From contig CALLKE010000093.1 of NCBI GenBank assembly GCA_938008555.1, forward strand, positions 4,138 through 68,137: 64,000 bases of DNA, given 5' to 3'. The first letter of the stretch is position 1; each line of letters starts with the position of its first letter. Source of the DNA: an uncultured Pedobacter sp. GTDB lineage: Bacteria; Bacteroidota; Bacteroidia; Sphingobacteriales; Sphingobacteriaceae. Of the stretch, positions 49,077 to 61,100 are shown piece by piece. The notes beneath the pieces were generated by a model. That model ran no database searches. It was not told where the DNA came from and saw only the letters and a list, made by a program, of their open reading frames with translations. A program made the translations under genes and the position numbers.

Positions 49077-49132
49077 AATAGTTGACCTTTAGTATTAATA
49101 TCTCAAGGTATCAATACTAAAGGTCAACTATT
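49077..49132 (-). terminator. long hairpin immediately downstream of the giant adhesin gene
   Basis: Perfect 20-bp stem AATAGTTGACCTTTAGTATT / AATACTAAAGGTCAACTATT with a 16-nt loop, 5 nt after the stop at 49138-49140. It separates that gene from pyc on the same strand. Confidence 0.6.
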
Positions 49133-49137
49133 CACTG

Positions 49138-52100
49138 CTAATTATTTGAGTTTCTCACCTCAAAAAACTTATAATATTTCTCCTCTTTGGTATTATTAGG
49201 ATCCGTGCGCTTATCAATTAACCTAATCACATAGTAGTATGTACCAGAAGGAACATGATACGAAAGACCTACATTCGATACCCCACAGAAGTTATTCCCC
49301 ATATTGTCATAGTGTTCTATGCTGTATATCGTTACTCCATACCTATCAACAATATCTACTCGATTATCTGGAAACTTCTCTATGTTGGAAATCGTCAAAC
49401 AATCATTGATTCCATCTCCATTATCTGACAGGGCAGCTACTATATTGACCTTTTGGTCTAACACGGTAACTATACCTGAATTCACGGTAAAGCTGATGCT
49501 CGTCCCTGTTACGGATCCATCGATGATAATTTGAGATGGCTGAGTCCCGCTATTTGACGCCGTCACGCTAAACGAACCCGAGTTACCTCCCCCTGGAATC
49601 ACAACCACCATCGGACCGATCAAAGGTGGACCTAACAACTGGCTAACATCACTTGAGCTACCCATACTCAAACTCACCGTCAGCGGGCTCAATACCGTGA
49701 TGCCATTAGGCAACCTCAAATCAACACTTACCGTGCCATCTAAAAAGATCGTCTCATTCCCAATAGTGATCACTCGATTGGCTGGATTATCACCAGTAGT
49801 GTCCATGATTTCTATCATTGAACTCACTGCACCCAAGTAGATATTGCTCGCACTAACCTCCAAAGGTTCACTATTGAACAATATCGTATCTGTCAAAGCA
49901 TTCACCAGAATGTCCACACTATTCGTCCCTGCAGCAAGAGTCACACTGAGGGGCAGGCGATAATGACCCACTGAAGCCTCACTGCCCGATAGCGTGAAAA
50001 CAACATCACTCGGCAACACTATACCTATTGGAGACAAACTCAACGTCATATGTGCCTGGTCTCCCTCCCGGAAGCTGCTGCTCAACGAAACTAGCTCCAA
50101 ACTCACTATCGTAATGGTTTGACTTGTCGTAGCTGATACATAGTTCGGATCCCCAGAAATATTCGCCGTTAATAACACCGCACCTTCTTGAATAGCTGTA
50201 ATATTATTATTCGCATCAAGGGTAGCTGTACCCGTAATCGGAGACAAACTAAAACTTATCGTTCCACCTCTACCTACACCTGCACTAGTCGTCGCTGTTG
50301 CTACTATACTGCCATTGATCGACATCATATTAATCGAATTAATCGTCAACGTCTGCGCTCCTGGATTGATCGTTATGCTCAATGTCGATGCCAATGGTGC
50401 ATTATAATTTGCATCCCCAGAACCACTCACCTGTACCACAATAATTCCCGAATTAAGCGCCGTGATCATACCTTGCTGATCGATCGTGGCATTACCCCCG
50501 CCACTGATGATTTGGTAACTAATTGATCCCGTATGTGTTATACCTCCGGCAGGAGCCTGATTGGTAACCGATACAGGCATACTATCTCCAACACTCATCA
50601 ACGTGCTTGATACACTTAGTAACAATGTTGGCGTGCCCTTACCGATAGTGATCACTTGCGTCGAAAAAGCACTATTATAGTTAGAATCCCCTGATATACT
50701 TGCTAAAAGCAGCAACGTTCCTGCTTGATAGCCCCTCAATAGACCACTATTGGAATCTATCGTGGCCGAGCCACTGCCTCCTAACAAAGTATAACTGATC
50801 GTCCCTCCACTACTTGCACTGGCTGTACTGCTCGCACTCGCTATGAGCACACCTCCTACAAAAGTGCTCAAGGGAGATGTAATCGTCAATGCTTGTGAGC
50901 CCCTATTGATCGTTATGGTACGACTCGTCGAACTTGAGTTGTAATCTGTATCTCCTGAAATACTCGCTACAAATGTCACAGTTCCAGCTTCCATACCTAT
51001 AATTAAACCTGTGCTTTCATTCACCGTCGCTGAGCCACTGCCTCCTAATATGCTATAACTAATCAAACCTCCCCGAATACCTGCACTAGTGCTCGCAATC
51101 AGCTGCAAGCTCGTTCCTGCAAACATCGCACTCGTGCTTGGACTGATGCTAAGCGTCTGTGAACCCTTACCGATAGTAATCACCTGAGTGATACTTGCTC
51201 CAAAATAGTTGGCATTGCCTGAAATCGATGCCACCAAACTCACTGTACCTGCTCCTATAGCCGTTATGAAACCTGTATTACTATTTACCGTCGCTGAACC
51301 ACTGCCAGATACTATACTATAGGTAATAGCTCCACCGCCGGTTACATTGCTGCTACCTGTTACTGTTAGGCTAGTACCTACCACCGTAGCATAATTCCCT
51401 GTACTAGAAGTGAGCGACAGCGTTTGTACACCTGCTCCGATCGTAATACTCAAACTCACCGACAAGGGTTCATTGTAGTTCACATCTGAACCCTGTATCG
51501 CCTGAACTATAATATTTCCTGAAGCTGTCGCTGTCAACTGACCCGTGAACACATTCAGCGTAGCACTACCTGAACCTCCAATTATGCTGTAACTAATCAT
51601 ACCCGTGCTTGAGATGCCTCCTACTAGCGGTGGCGTGCTCTGTGCACTCACCGTTGCTGTCGTTCCTACCGCCAGCGACAACGTTGTGCTACTAATCGAT
51701 AATGTGGGCGTGCCCTTACCGATACTAATAGTCAACGTGATTGGTAGTGGAGCATTATAGTTCGCATCACCACCCTGAATCGCTTGAACAACCACCTGAC
51801 CACTCTGTGTACCCGTTAAAGTCCCACCTGTGGCATCGATGCTTGCACTCATGCTGCCTGAACTTAACAAACTATAACTGATGCCGCCCGTACTTGGCAA
51901 AATGCCTGGTGCAGTGCTGATCGCTGTGATCACAATGTTATTACCCACCGAGGTAGCTGTCAATGTATTACTAAAAGATAGCGTCGGTGTTCCCTTGCCA
52001 ATGAATAATGTCTGACTCACACTGGCTGCATTGTAGTTGGCATTGCCCTGGCTCATCGACAAGATCGTCACTGTACCTGCTCCTATAGCCGTTATGAAAC

Positions 52101-55100
52101 CTGTATTACTATTTACCGTCGCTGAACCACTGCCAGATACTATACTATAGGTAATAGCTCCACCGCCGGTTACATTGCTGCTACCTGTTACTGTCAAGCT
52201 CGATCCCACCGTCGTATTAAAATTGTTTGTGCTTGAGGTCAAGGTCAGCGTCTGTGATCCTGCACCGATAGTGATGGTCAGCATACCAGGATAAGAAGCA
52301 TAATAGTTCACATCTAGTCCTTGATTAGCCTGCACCAATACCTGACCGGAGGCTAGCGCCGTTAACTGACCACTGCTGGCATTGATCGTTGCACTACCTC
52401 CCCCTATACTGCTCACAGTGAAAGTGATCACTCCAGTGCTAGCTACTGTTCCTCCAGGGGGGGAAGGAACGCTCGTAGCTGTAATAGAGATAATACCCCC
52501 CACTACCGTACTACTTAAACCCGTAGTCGTACTCAAAGCCAAGCTCGGTGTACTTGGACCGATCGTAATGGTCAAACTCGCCGCTAGTGGCGCATTGTAA
52601 TTCGTATCGGCTGCTTGGTTCACCTGCAATACCACCTGATCCGACTGAATAGCGGTTAAACCGCCACTAAGCGAATTCAATAAAACACTGCTGCCCCCAG
52701 AAACAACACTATAGCTAATAGCTCCAGTACTAGACACCCCACCTAACAGTGGAGGTATACTCAATGAGCTCAAAGTGGCCGTACTTCCCACTGTCATGGC
52801 TAAAGTTGTACTACTAATCGATAAGGTCGGTGTGCCCTTGCCGATCACAACTGTCGTACTTGTTGTGGCTCCTACATAGTCAGCGTTCGCTTGTGCAGTG
52901 GCTGTCAAGGTAACCGTACCAGCTAGCGTAGCCGTCAACTGACCTGTACTGGCATTGAGCGTAACTGAGCCTGCTCCTGCACTACTCAAGCTATAAACAA
53001 CTGATGCACTCCCTACACTTGCACTATTCACAGCTGTAATAGTCGTTATAGCTCCTACTGAAGTGCTATAGATCGATTGAGCAAAGGTTAAACTCTGAGC
53101 TTTCTTCAACAGACCTACCGTGAAGCGATCATCACTATTCAACATAATGCCAGCAAACTGATATATCGTGCTCGTACTACCTCCTACCTGAACAGCAGAT
53201 ACAGTCAAACTACCATTTACTATCGTACAATTGCTGAAACTACCTGTATTACCTCGGTCTATCAGTAAGCACAATTCTGAGCTTTGATAAGGAACACCTG
53301 TCGAACTAGACAAAGCTCCTGCTAAATTAAATTGCAAGGTCACAGCTCCTACATGATTCGTATTCTGAGCCATATAAACCTGACCCATTCGCATGCGTAT
53401 TGGAGCATTCGTTCCCGGATTGCTTGGAAGATCGCTCGTATTGGTAAGGCTTGAACTCAATCCATTATTACCTACCAATAAGAACGACTTATCTGAAGTA
53501 AATATGCCCGTATTAGATGCATTGCTGGCTGCAAGATTACTTCCCAAACTCAAGGTCAATACCTGACCACCTGATTGCTTTTGATTCAATCCACTGATCG
53601 CATCTGCTCCTAAACCTAGGATCGTGCTGGTATAACCACTATGTGAAGCATTCGTCCATACCGGTGTACCATCACTAGCTAAATAGTCTAACAAAAGACT
53701 CGGATCGATTTGCAAACCATATTTGATGGCCAAATAACTCAATAAACGTTGTTGTTCCAGAGCTGATATGCCACGATTATAGTACACCATTTCAGCTATA
53801 TCACTAGTAAAGCCTGGAGCTATTTGGAAAATTGAAGCTGTGTTACTAATTCCAAAGCTTCCTCCAGCTGAACCCAATACTCCATTAGCACTTAACATTG
53901 ATCCTGAGGTAGTTCGTGTATTAGCATAGGTACCTATCAGCATTAAGGCGCCTGAACCCTTATCCACACTAGCTCCTGAGCCTCCAATACCATGGATAGT
54001 GAACGCACTTGAGCTTGCATCAATACCGGGACCTGTACCGCCTCCAGTAGACAACAAACTGCCTGTAGATACTCCACTGAGCGTATTGCGTGCCACTGCT
54101 ATAATCGTGCCACTACTAGCAAAATTAAAGTTAGCCACACCAGACAAACTCTGCGTACCATCGAAGCTCACCACCGGATTATAATTCAGCATGGCTGCAT
54201 TGTTCACAATGGATGCAGAGGCTGTAGCTTGAGCTTGATTTGCTGTCACCGAAATACTTTGCGACTGATCATCCCACTCGGTTACCTGGCCTCCACTATT
54301 CAATACCGCATTATCTGCACGTAACCAAAGCTGCATATCTGATCCGCCGGTACCTACTGCTCCTGGACTATAGAAAATAGAAATGGCCTGGCTCGTCTGA
54401 CTTGGAAAATAATCTGCATCGCCTGCAGCATTAGCCTGTAAAGTCACAAAGCCTACACTAACACCTGTAATCAATCCTGTATTGGGATCTACTGTGGCTG
54501 AGCCTCCTCCATTCAAACTGGTCACTGAATAAGTTAAAGCTCCACCAGCAGCCTGTGGCAAATAGCTCATATTGGCATTGGTACGTGTCAAAGCGACCGT
54601 CATACTACCATTCAGAACTAGATTAGCGGACGAAGTGAAAATCAGGGACTGTGTACCTTGATTGATCGTAGCTACTACCGTACTTGACACGGGCAAATAA
54701 TAATTGGTATTGCCCAATGCTGTTATCGTCAGGGTAACTGTACCAATATGAATACCAGTCAAATTACCTGAAGCATCAATGCTAGCTGATAAGCTATTAG
54801 GTACCAAACTATAAGTCAAACCACCACCCAGTGCTGCCAATACTGAACGAGTCACTGAGATCGGTAAGGTGCTACCCACTGTCAAACTGATTGGTTGATT
54901 GTTGATCGCTAAAGTTTGCGTAGAGATGGTAATGCTTACACTTTGGGTAGTAGAAATTGAAGCATAATAGCTCGGATTACCCAAAGCAGTCACCATAACA
55001 TTTACTGTACCTACTTGTACTCCTGTGAGCGTACCCAACACTGGATCAATCGTAGCTGAGCCACTGCCAGCTGATACAGTATAAGACAAAGCTCCTCCTT

Positions 55101-58100
55101 GAGACACTAGTACCGAACGAGTAGTTGAAATCGAAATAGTATTACCTACCGATACACTGAGTGGTCCACCAACAATGCCCAGACTTTGAGAACCTATGGT
55201 GATAGTCAAACCTTGGCTCACACTGGCTGCCACATAATTGCTATCGCCTGTTGAAGCTACGCTCAAGGTCACTGTACCTACTTGAATTCCAGTAATCAAA
55301 CCGGTAACAGGATTTACTGTGGCCGAACCACTACCACCTACAATGGCATAACTGAAAGTACCTCCACTACTACTGCTCGCTGTCGTAGTCGCGCTCGCTG
55401 TCAAACTGGTGCCTACGGCCAGCGTATTGGCTGAAGTAATAGTCAAGGTTTGTCCTCCCGCATTGATTGTAAGGAGCGTACTGGTAATGGCTGAATAATA
55501 ATTACTATCGCCTGCAGCCATCGCCGTCAGAGTAACCGTACCAGCTCCTGTAGCAGTAATAAAGCCTGTTGCACTGATCGTAGCTGAACCCGAACCCGTT
55601 GTATTCAAGGAGAAAGTAACCATACCTCCGCTACTGGACATCGCTGTCGTGCTCGTCATGGATTGCTGCGTACTTCCCACCGTCATGGATAGATTGATAT
55701 TGCTGAAAGATAAAGTCGGTGTACTCTTACCAATAATTACCAAGGTACTACTTGAAGCCTGATTGTAGTTAGCATTGGCTGCTGCCGTAGCCGTAAAGGT
55801 GATTGCACCAGCACCTGTCGCCGTCAATTGACCTGTAGATGCATTAATGGTGGCACTACCTCCACCTGCAGCGCTTGCTACACTATAGGTGATGGTACCA
55901 CCTCCAGAAACAATACTATTAGTCGCTCTAATGGCAATGCTTTGGTCCACAATAGTATTAAATCCACCTGCTGGAATATTATTGATCGTAACAATTTGCG
56001 AACCGGCCGTGATGGTGATCAATGTACTGGTTGTGGCTGCATTATAATTGCTATCGCCTGCCGAGGTAGCAGAAAGCGTAACTGTACCGGAGGCTAAAGC
56101 AGCCACTAGTCCCGCCGCATTCACCGTGGCTGAACCTGAGCCCACCGTGCTCACCAGGAAGCTCACCGCCCCTCCTCCTCCAGGTAATAAGGCACTCGTA
56201 CTGGTCAATGCTTGCTGTGAATCACCTACTGCCATCGATGCTGATGCGATCAAAGTCAAAGTAGGTGTACTATTGCCAATGACAATAGTCGAGTTAGTCA
56301 CAGCTTGGTTATAATTACTATTAGCTGCTGCCGTAGCAGTAAAGGTAATTGTACCAACACCTGTAGCCGTTAATTGACCTGTGAATGCATTAATAGTAGC
56401 ACTACCTCCGCCCACAGCACTTGTTAGACTATAAGTAATAGTTTGCCCTGTAGTACTTGTCGAAGGATTACTACTGGCTGTAATGATTGCCGTATGATCA
56501 ACTGTCAATACCCCTGGACTAAGCGTAGGACTGAGCGATAGTACCGGTGTACTCGCCCCGATGGTAATTAAAGTATTGGTCGTAGCACTCACATAGTCGG
56601 CAGTGGCTGTTGAAGAGGCTACCAAATATATTGCGCCTGGCCCCAAGGCTGTCAATAAACCGGTATTGCTATTGACCGTCGCTGAGCCTCCTCCTATTGT
56701 AGCACTAACACTATATACCACTGGAGCTGAAGCGGTTTGTAATCCTACGGTTGCAGTGATTGTTGAAGTTTGTCCAACTACCAAAGCATAGTTGTTTTGT
56801 GGGAAAGCTAAGGTTTGCAATTTCTTGAGTAAACCAACCGCAAAGCGATCTCCAGTATTCAAAGCAATACCAGAGAACTGATACACTGTACTGCTACTAG
56901 CCCCCACTTGTGTAGCTCCGGTAAATACTCCGCCAGTACTACCTGTTCCTGAAATCGAATTAGTGAAGCTACCTGTATTACCCCGATCAATTAGTAAGCA
57001 CAAATCTGCTGTCTGATAACTTACTCCTGTCGAACTCGACAGTGCTCCTGCTAAATTAAACTGTAAAGATTGAGCCCCTATCGTACCCGTTACTTGCGCA
57101 ATCCATACCCGACCCATCCGCATCCGCATGGGAAGAGGGGTGCTTGGATTGGTAGGCAAGTCTGTAGTATTAGTTACACCAGAACTAATGGCATTATTAC
57201 CCACCAATAAGAAAGATCTATCTACAGCAAACACACCGGGATTGGTTGAAGCATTCAATACATTCGAAGTTGTAATCGATCCCACACCCAAGGTCAAAAT
57301 ATCATTACCCAAGCTGCTTGAACTTTGATACTGTGATAAACCACTATTATCATCCCGGCCAATACCAATGATCGTATTACTATAAGCCGCATTAGAAACA
57401 CCTGACCAAATCACGCTACCGTCACTAGCTAGATAATTCGATACCGCACTTGGATTAAGCGGAATACCATATTTGATCGACAAATAGCTCTGAGTACGAT
57501 TCAGCTCTCCCGTTGAAATACCACGGTTATAATAAATCACCTCTGCTATAATCCCTTTAAATACACGAGTGGTTGAGGAAGTTTGAATAATATGCCCCCC
57601 AACCTCAAATCTATTCATACCTGTAGTAATGTTATTGGTACCTGAACTTGCCAATGGGGCCCCATTCAAATAAGTAAATCCAGCATTGACTGTGGTACTT
57701 GTATAATTGCCTATGAGAATACTGGGCGAAGTCATCAGACGAGGTGCACCTTGTCCAGCAACAGAATAATTAGCACCCTCGATACCAAAACTGTCATAAG
57801 GAGCACCATTTCCCACATTATTCATTAGACCAGGTCCATCATTACCAGAACCATCAACGGTAGTAAAAATCGCACTTGACGCTGCGCTGCCAGTACTCTG
57901 AGCCACCACTATGATCGTATTACTAGCCGAAAAGCTGAAAGTACCCATACCTTGAAGATCACTGCCAGTAACACCTCCAAATGACACCACTGGGTTATAA
58001 TTTAAACCAATCGTTGTAGAAATCCCTGAGCTAGCCCCAAGTGTAGGTGTTGCTTGATTTGTCGTAACAGTAATACTTCTGGAATCATCCGACCACTGAG

Positions 58101-61100
58101 TTACAAGACCTTGCGCAGTTTGTGAAAGAGAAGCATCATCAGCACGTAACCAAAGCGTCATACCCGAACCTACTGCGCCTGGCGCTAAGAAGATAGAAAT
58201 AGTCTGCGTGGCCGATGCCGAATAATAATTGCTATCTCCTGCTGAAGTGGTCATCAAAAGTACTTGACCTACTATTTGAGCAGTTAGTTGAGCACCCGTC
58301 ACTGTGGCTGCTCCAGCAGTACCACCAAAACCATTGCTAATAGTATAACTTACTGCTCCTCCCCCACCATTGAAGGCTGTACTAGTAACAGTAAGCGCCA
58401 TTGTACCTCCCACTACCATTACATGAGGTGAGGCTATATGCAAGGTAGGCGTACCTTTAACAATAGTAATTAGTTGACTAGTATTAGCAGACTTATATTG
58501 ACCGTCACCTAAGGCGCTTACTGTTACTGTGATATTTCCTACACTAATGCCTGTCAAATTACCTAAATTATCAATCGTAGCTGAACCACCTCCCACACTA
58601 CTAGTGATAGCATAAGTAAGCGTATTAGAAGCACTCACAGGCGATACTGAACGAACAATAGCAAGGGCCAGACCAGTCCCCACACTAGCAGTAATGGAAG
58701 TAATCGTAAGAGATTGGGATAAATGTATAAACTGAATAAATACTCCTACATTATTACTTAATCCGCTTGTCGTAGCTACTATGTCTGTCAAGCTATCTCC
58801 ATTGATATCTCCGACAGCTAGGCTTGTACCTCCCGTAGTACTCCCTCCTGAAATATCTGCTATCAAAGTCATCGATAGCGTACTAGTAGTCGTATTATTC
58901 AGAATAGCGATCGTATTACTAAGTTGATTGGCTATGACCAAATCTACCTTCCCGTTCCCATCAATATCCCCAGCAGCCAAAGCTAATGGACCAACATTAC
59001 CTAAGCCGGTACTAAAATCTGTATTACTGGTAAAGCTAATCGTACCCGTAGCAGCATTTGTATTAAGAAATACCGAAATTGTATTAGCAGACGAATTAGC
59101 CGTGGCAATATCTAGAAAACCATCTCCATTCAGATCTGCCAAAACGATCCCCCTGGGGCCAGCTCCGCTATTCAACGTAGCTGATAAGCCTAAAGCAATG
59201 ATGCCTTGGGTTGAAGTATTACGAAGTACTGATACGTTATTAGATCCTGCATTAGCCACCACAATATCCTGATCCCCATCCTTATCTAAATCACTTGTAG
59301 CTAAAGCACTCGGATTAGTACCTACTCCTACTGTTGAGGAGGCAAAACTCCAGGCACCTGAAATAGGTTGCTGACTACGAAAAATAGAAAGATTCCCTGA
59401 TCCACTATTAACTACCACAACGTCTGCTCGGCCATCCTTGTCGATATCCACAAGTTGTACTGCAACAGGGGTAGTACCGGTAGTCAAACTAGTTTGTAAA
59501 GTGAAGCTAGGACTTCCTGAAGAAATGTTTCGATACAGCGTTACTGTATTGCTCAGCGAATTAACGATCGCTAAATCTGCCAATCCATCGCCATCAATAT
59601 CCCCTAAAGAAATCGAAGTAGAAGCTGCCCCAGTAGTAGCACCAAAAGTTATAGGACCACCAAAACTGATCGTTGTATTTGAAACTGCAGTATTATTCTT
59701 AAAAACAGTCACTGTATTGTCCGAATTAGAAACCACCAAATCCGGTTTACCATCACCATCTAAATCCTTCATGCTCACATAACGACTATTAGAAGCCCCC
59801 ATGCCACTACTTAAAGGTTGTTTAGGCTTAAAAGAATTATCTGTGCCTAAGCTATTGGTCACCACAAAAGGGCGCGAAAAATAACCGGTCAAATTATTGT
59901 CTAAATTCGTTACAGAAATATATTGGTAATTCGTTCCGGCAGGTACATTCACTATTAAACTGGCACTGGTAGAGCCTAATTGTACTGTAGCCGAAGTCGC
60001 TCCGAAGAAGACTATATTATTGATAGGGGTAGCACTGAAGTTCTGACCAATTATTGTTACCTGTTGGCCTAAGGGTCCAATTGTTGGACTCAATGACGTG
60101 ATTATGGGTAAGCTAGGGATAGTTATATTACGGAAAAGGGAAACACTGCTAGAACTATAATTTGATACGGCAATATCTGGTTTACCATCAGCATTCATAT
60201 CACCTGCTACTAAATAATTGGGATTAACACCCGTAGCATAAGTTGTTCGATTAAGAAAACTCAGATTACCTGGACTACTGGTGTTTTTAAGTACCAGTAA
60301 AGTATTCACTCCATTTTGATTAGCTACTGCAACATCTATTTTACCGTCGCCATCAAAATCAGCTATGGATAAGTTATCATAAGGAGAACCGCCTGTAGTA
60401 AAAGTTAACGAAGGACTCGTAGGGAAGTTAATAGTACCACTTTGACTGCCCGTATTCAAGAAAAAAGCTATCCGCTGATTACTCTGATCACTCACTGCGA
60501 TATCAAGCTTACTGTCACTATCAAAATCGCCAATTACAACCCCTATAGGATTACTTAAAACAGCGTTGGTAGTCATTGCTACAGCAAAACTAATAGCCCC
60601 CAAACTAGATACGTTACGAAGAATTGAAACCGTATTTGAGCTATAATTAACTACTACTAAATCTGCTTTACCATCCTTATCTAAATCACCTACCGCCATT
60701 GAATAAGGGTTAGTACCAACAGTAATTAATTTCTCTGTATCAAAACTCAGTGTACCCGATACAGATAAATTGCGAAAGGTGGAAAGTTGATTATTAGAAG
60801 ATGTCGAATTACCCGACATAATATCAAGACGCCCATCACCATCAAAGTCAGCCACCACCATATCCCAGGGATAACCCGATGTTATCAACATTGGTCCTGT
60901 ACTAAAACTTATGCTATTACTACCAACCGCAGTGGTGTTCCGAAATGTAAATAAGTTTTTATTAAAATAGCTCGAACCATCATAATAGTTACGTGATACC
61001 ACTAAATCAAGCATGCCGTCACCATCAAAATCACCTATAGAAACTGATTTTGGGTAAATGTACCCACTCGAAGGTGCTAATATCACTGAACTAGCCAAGA

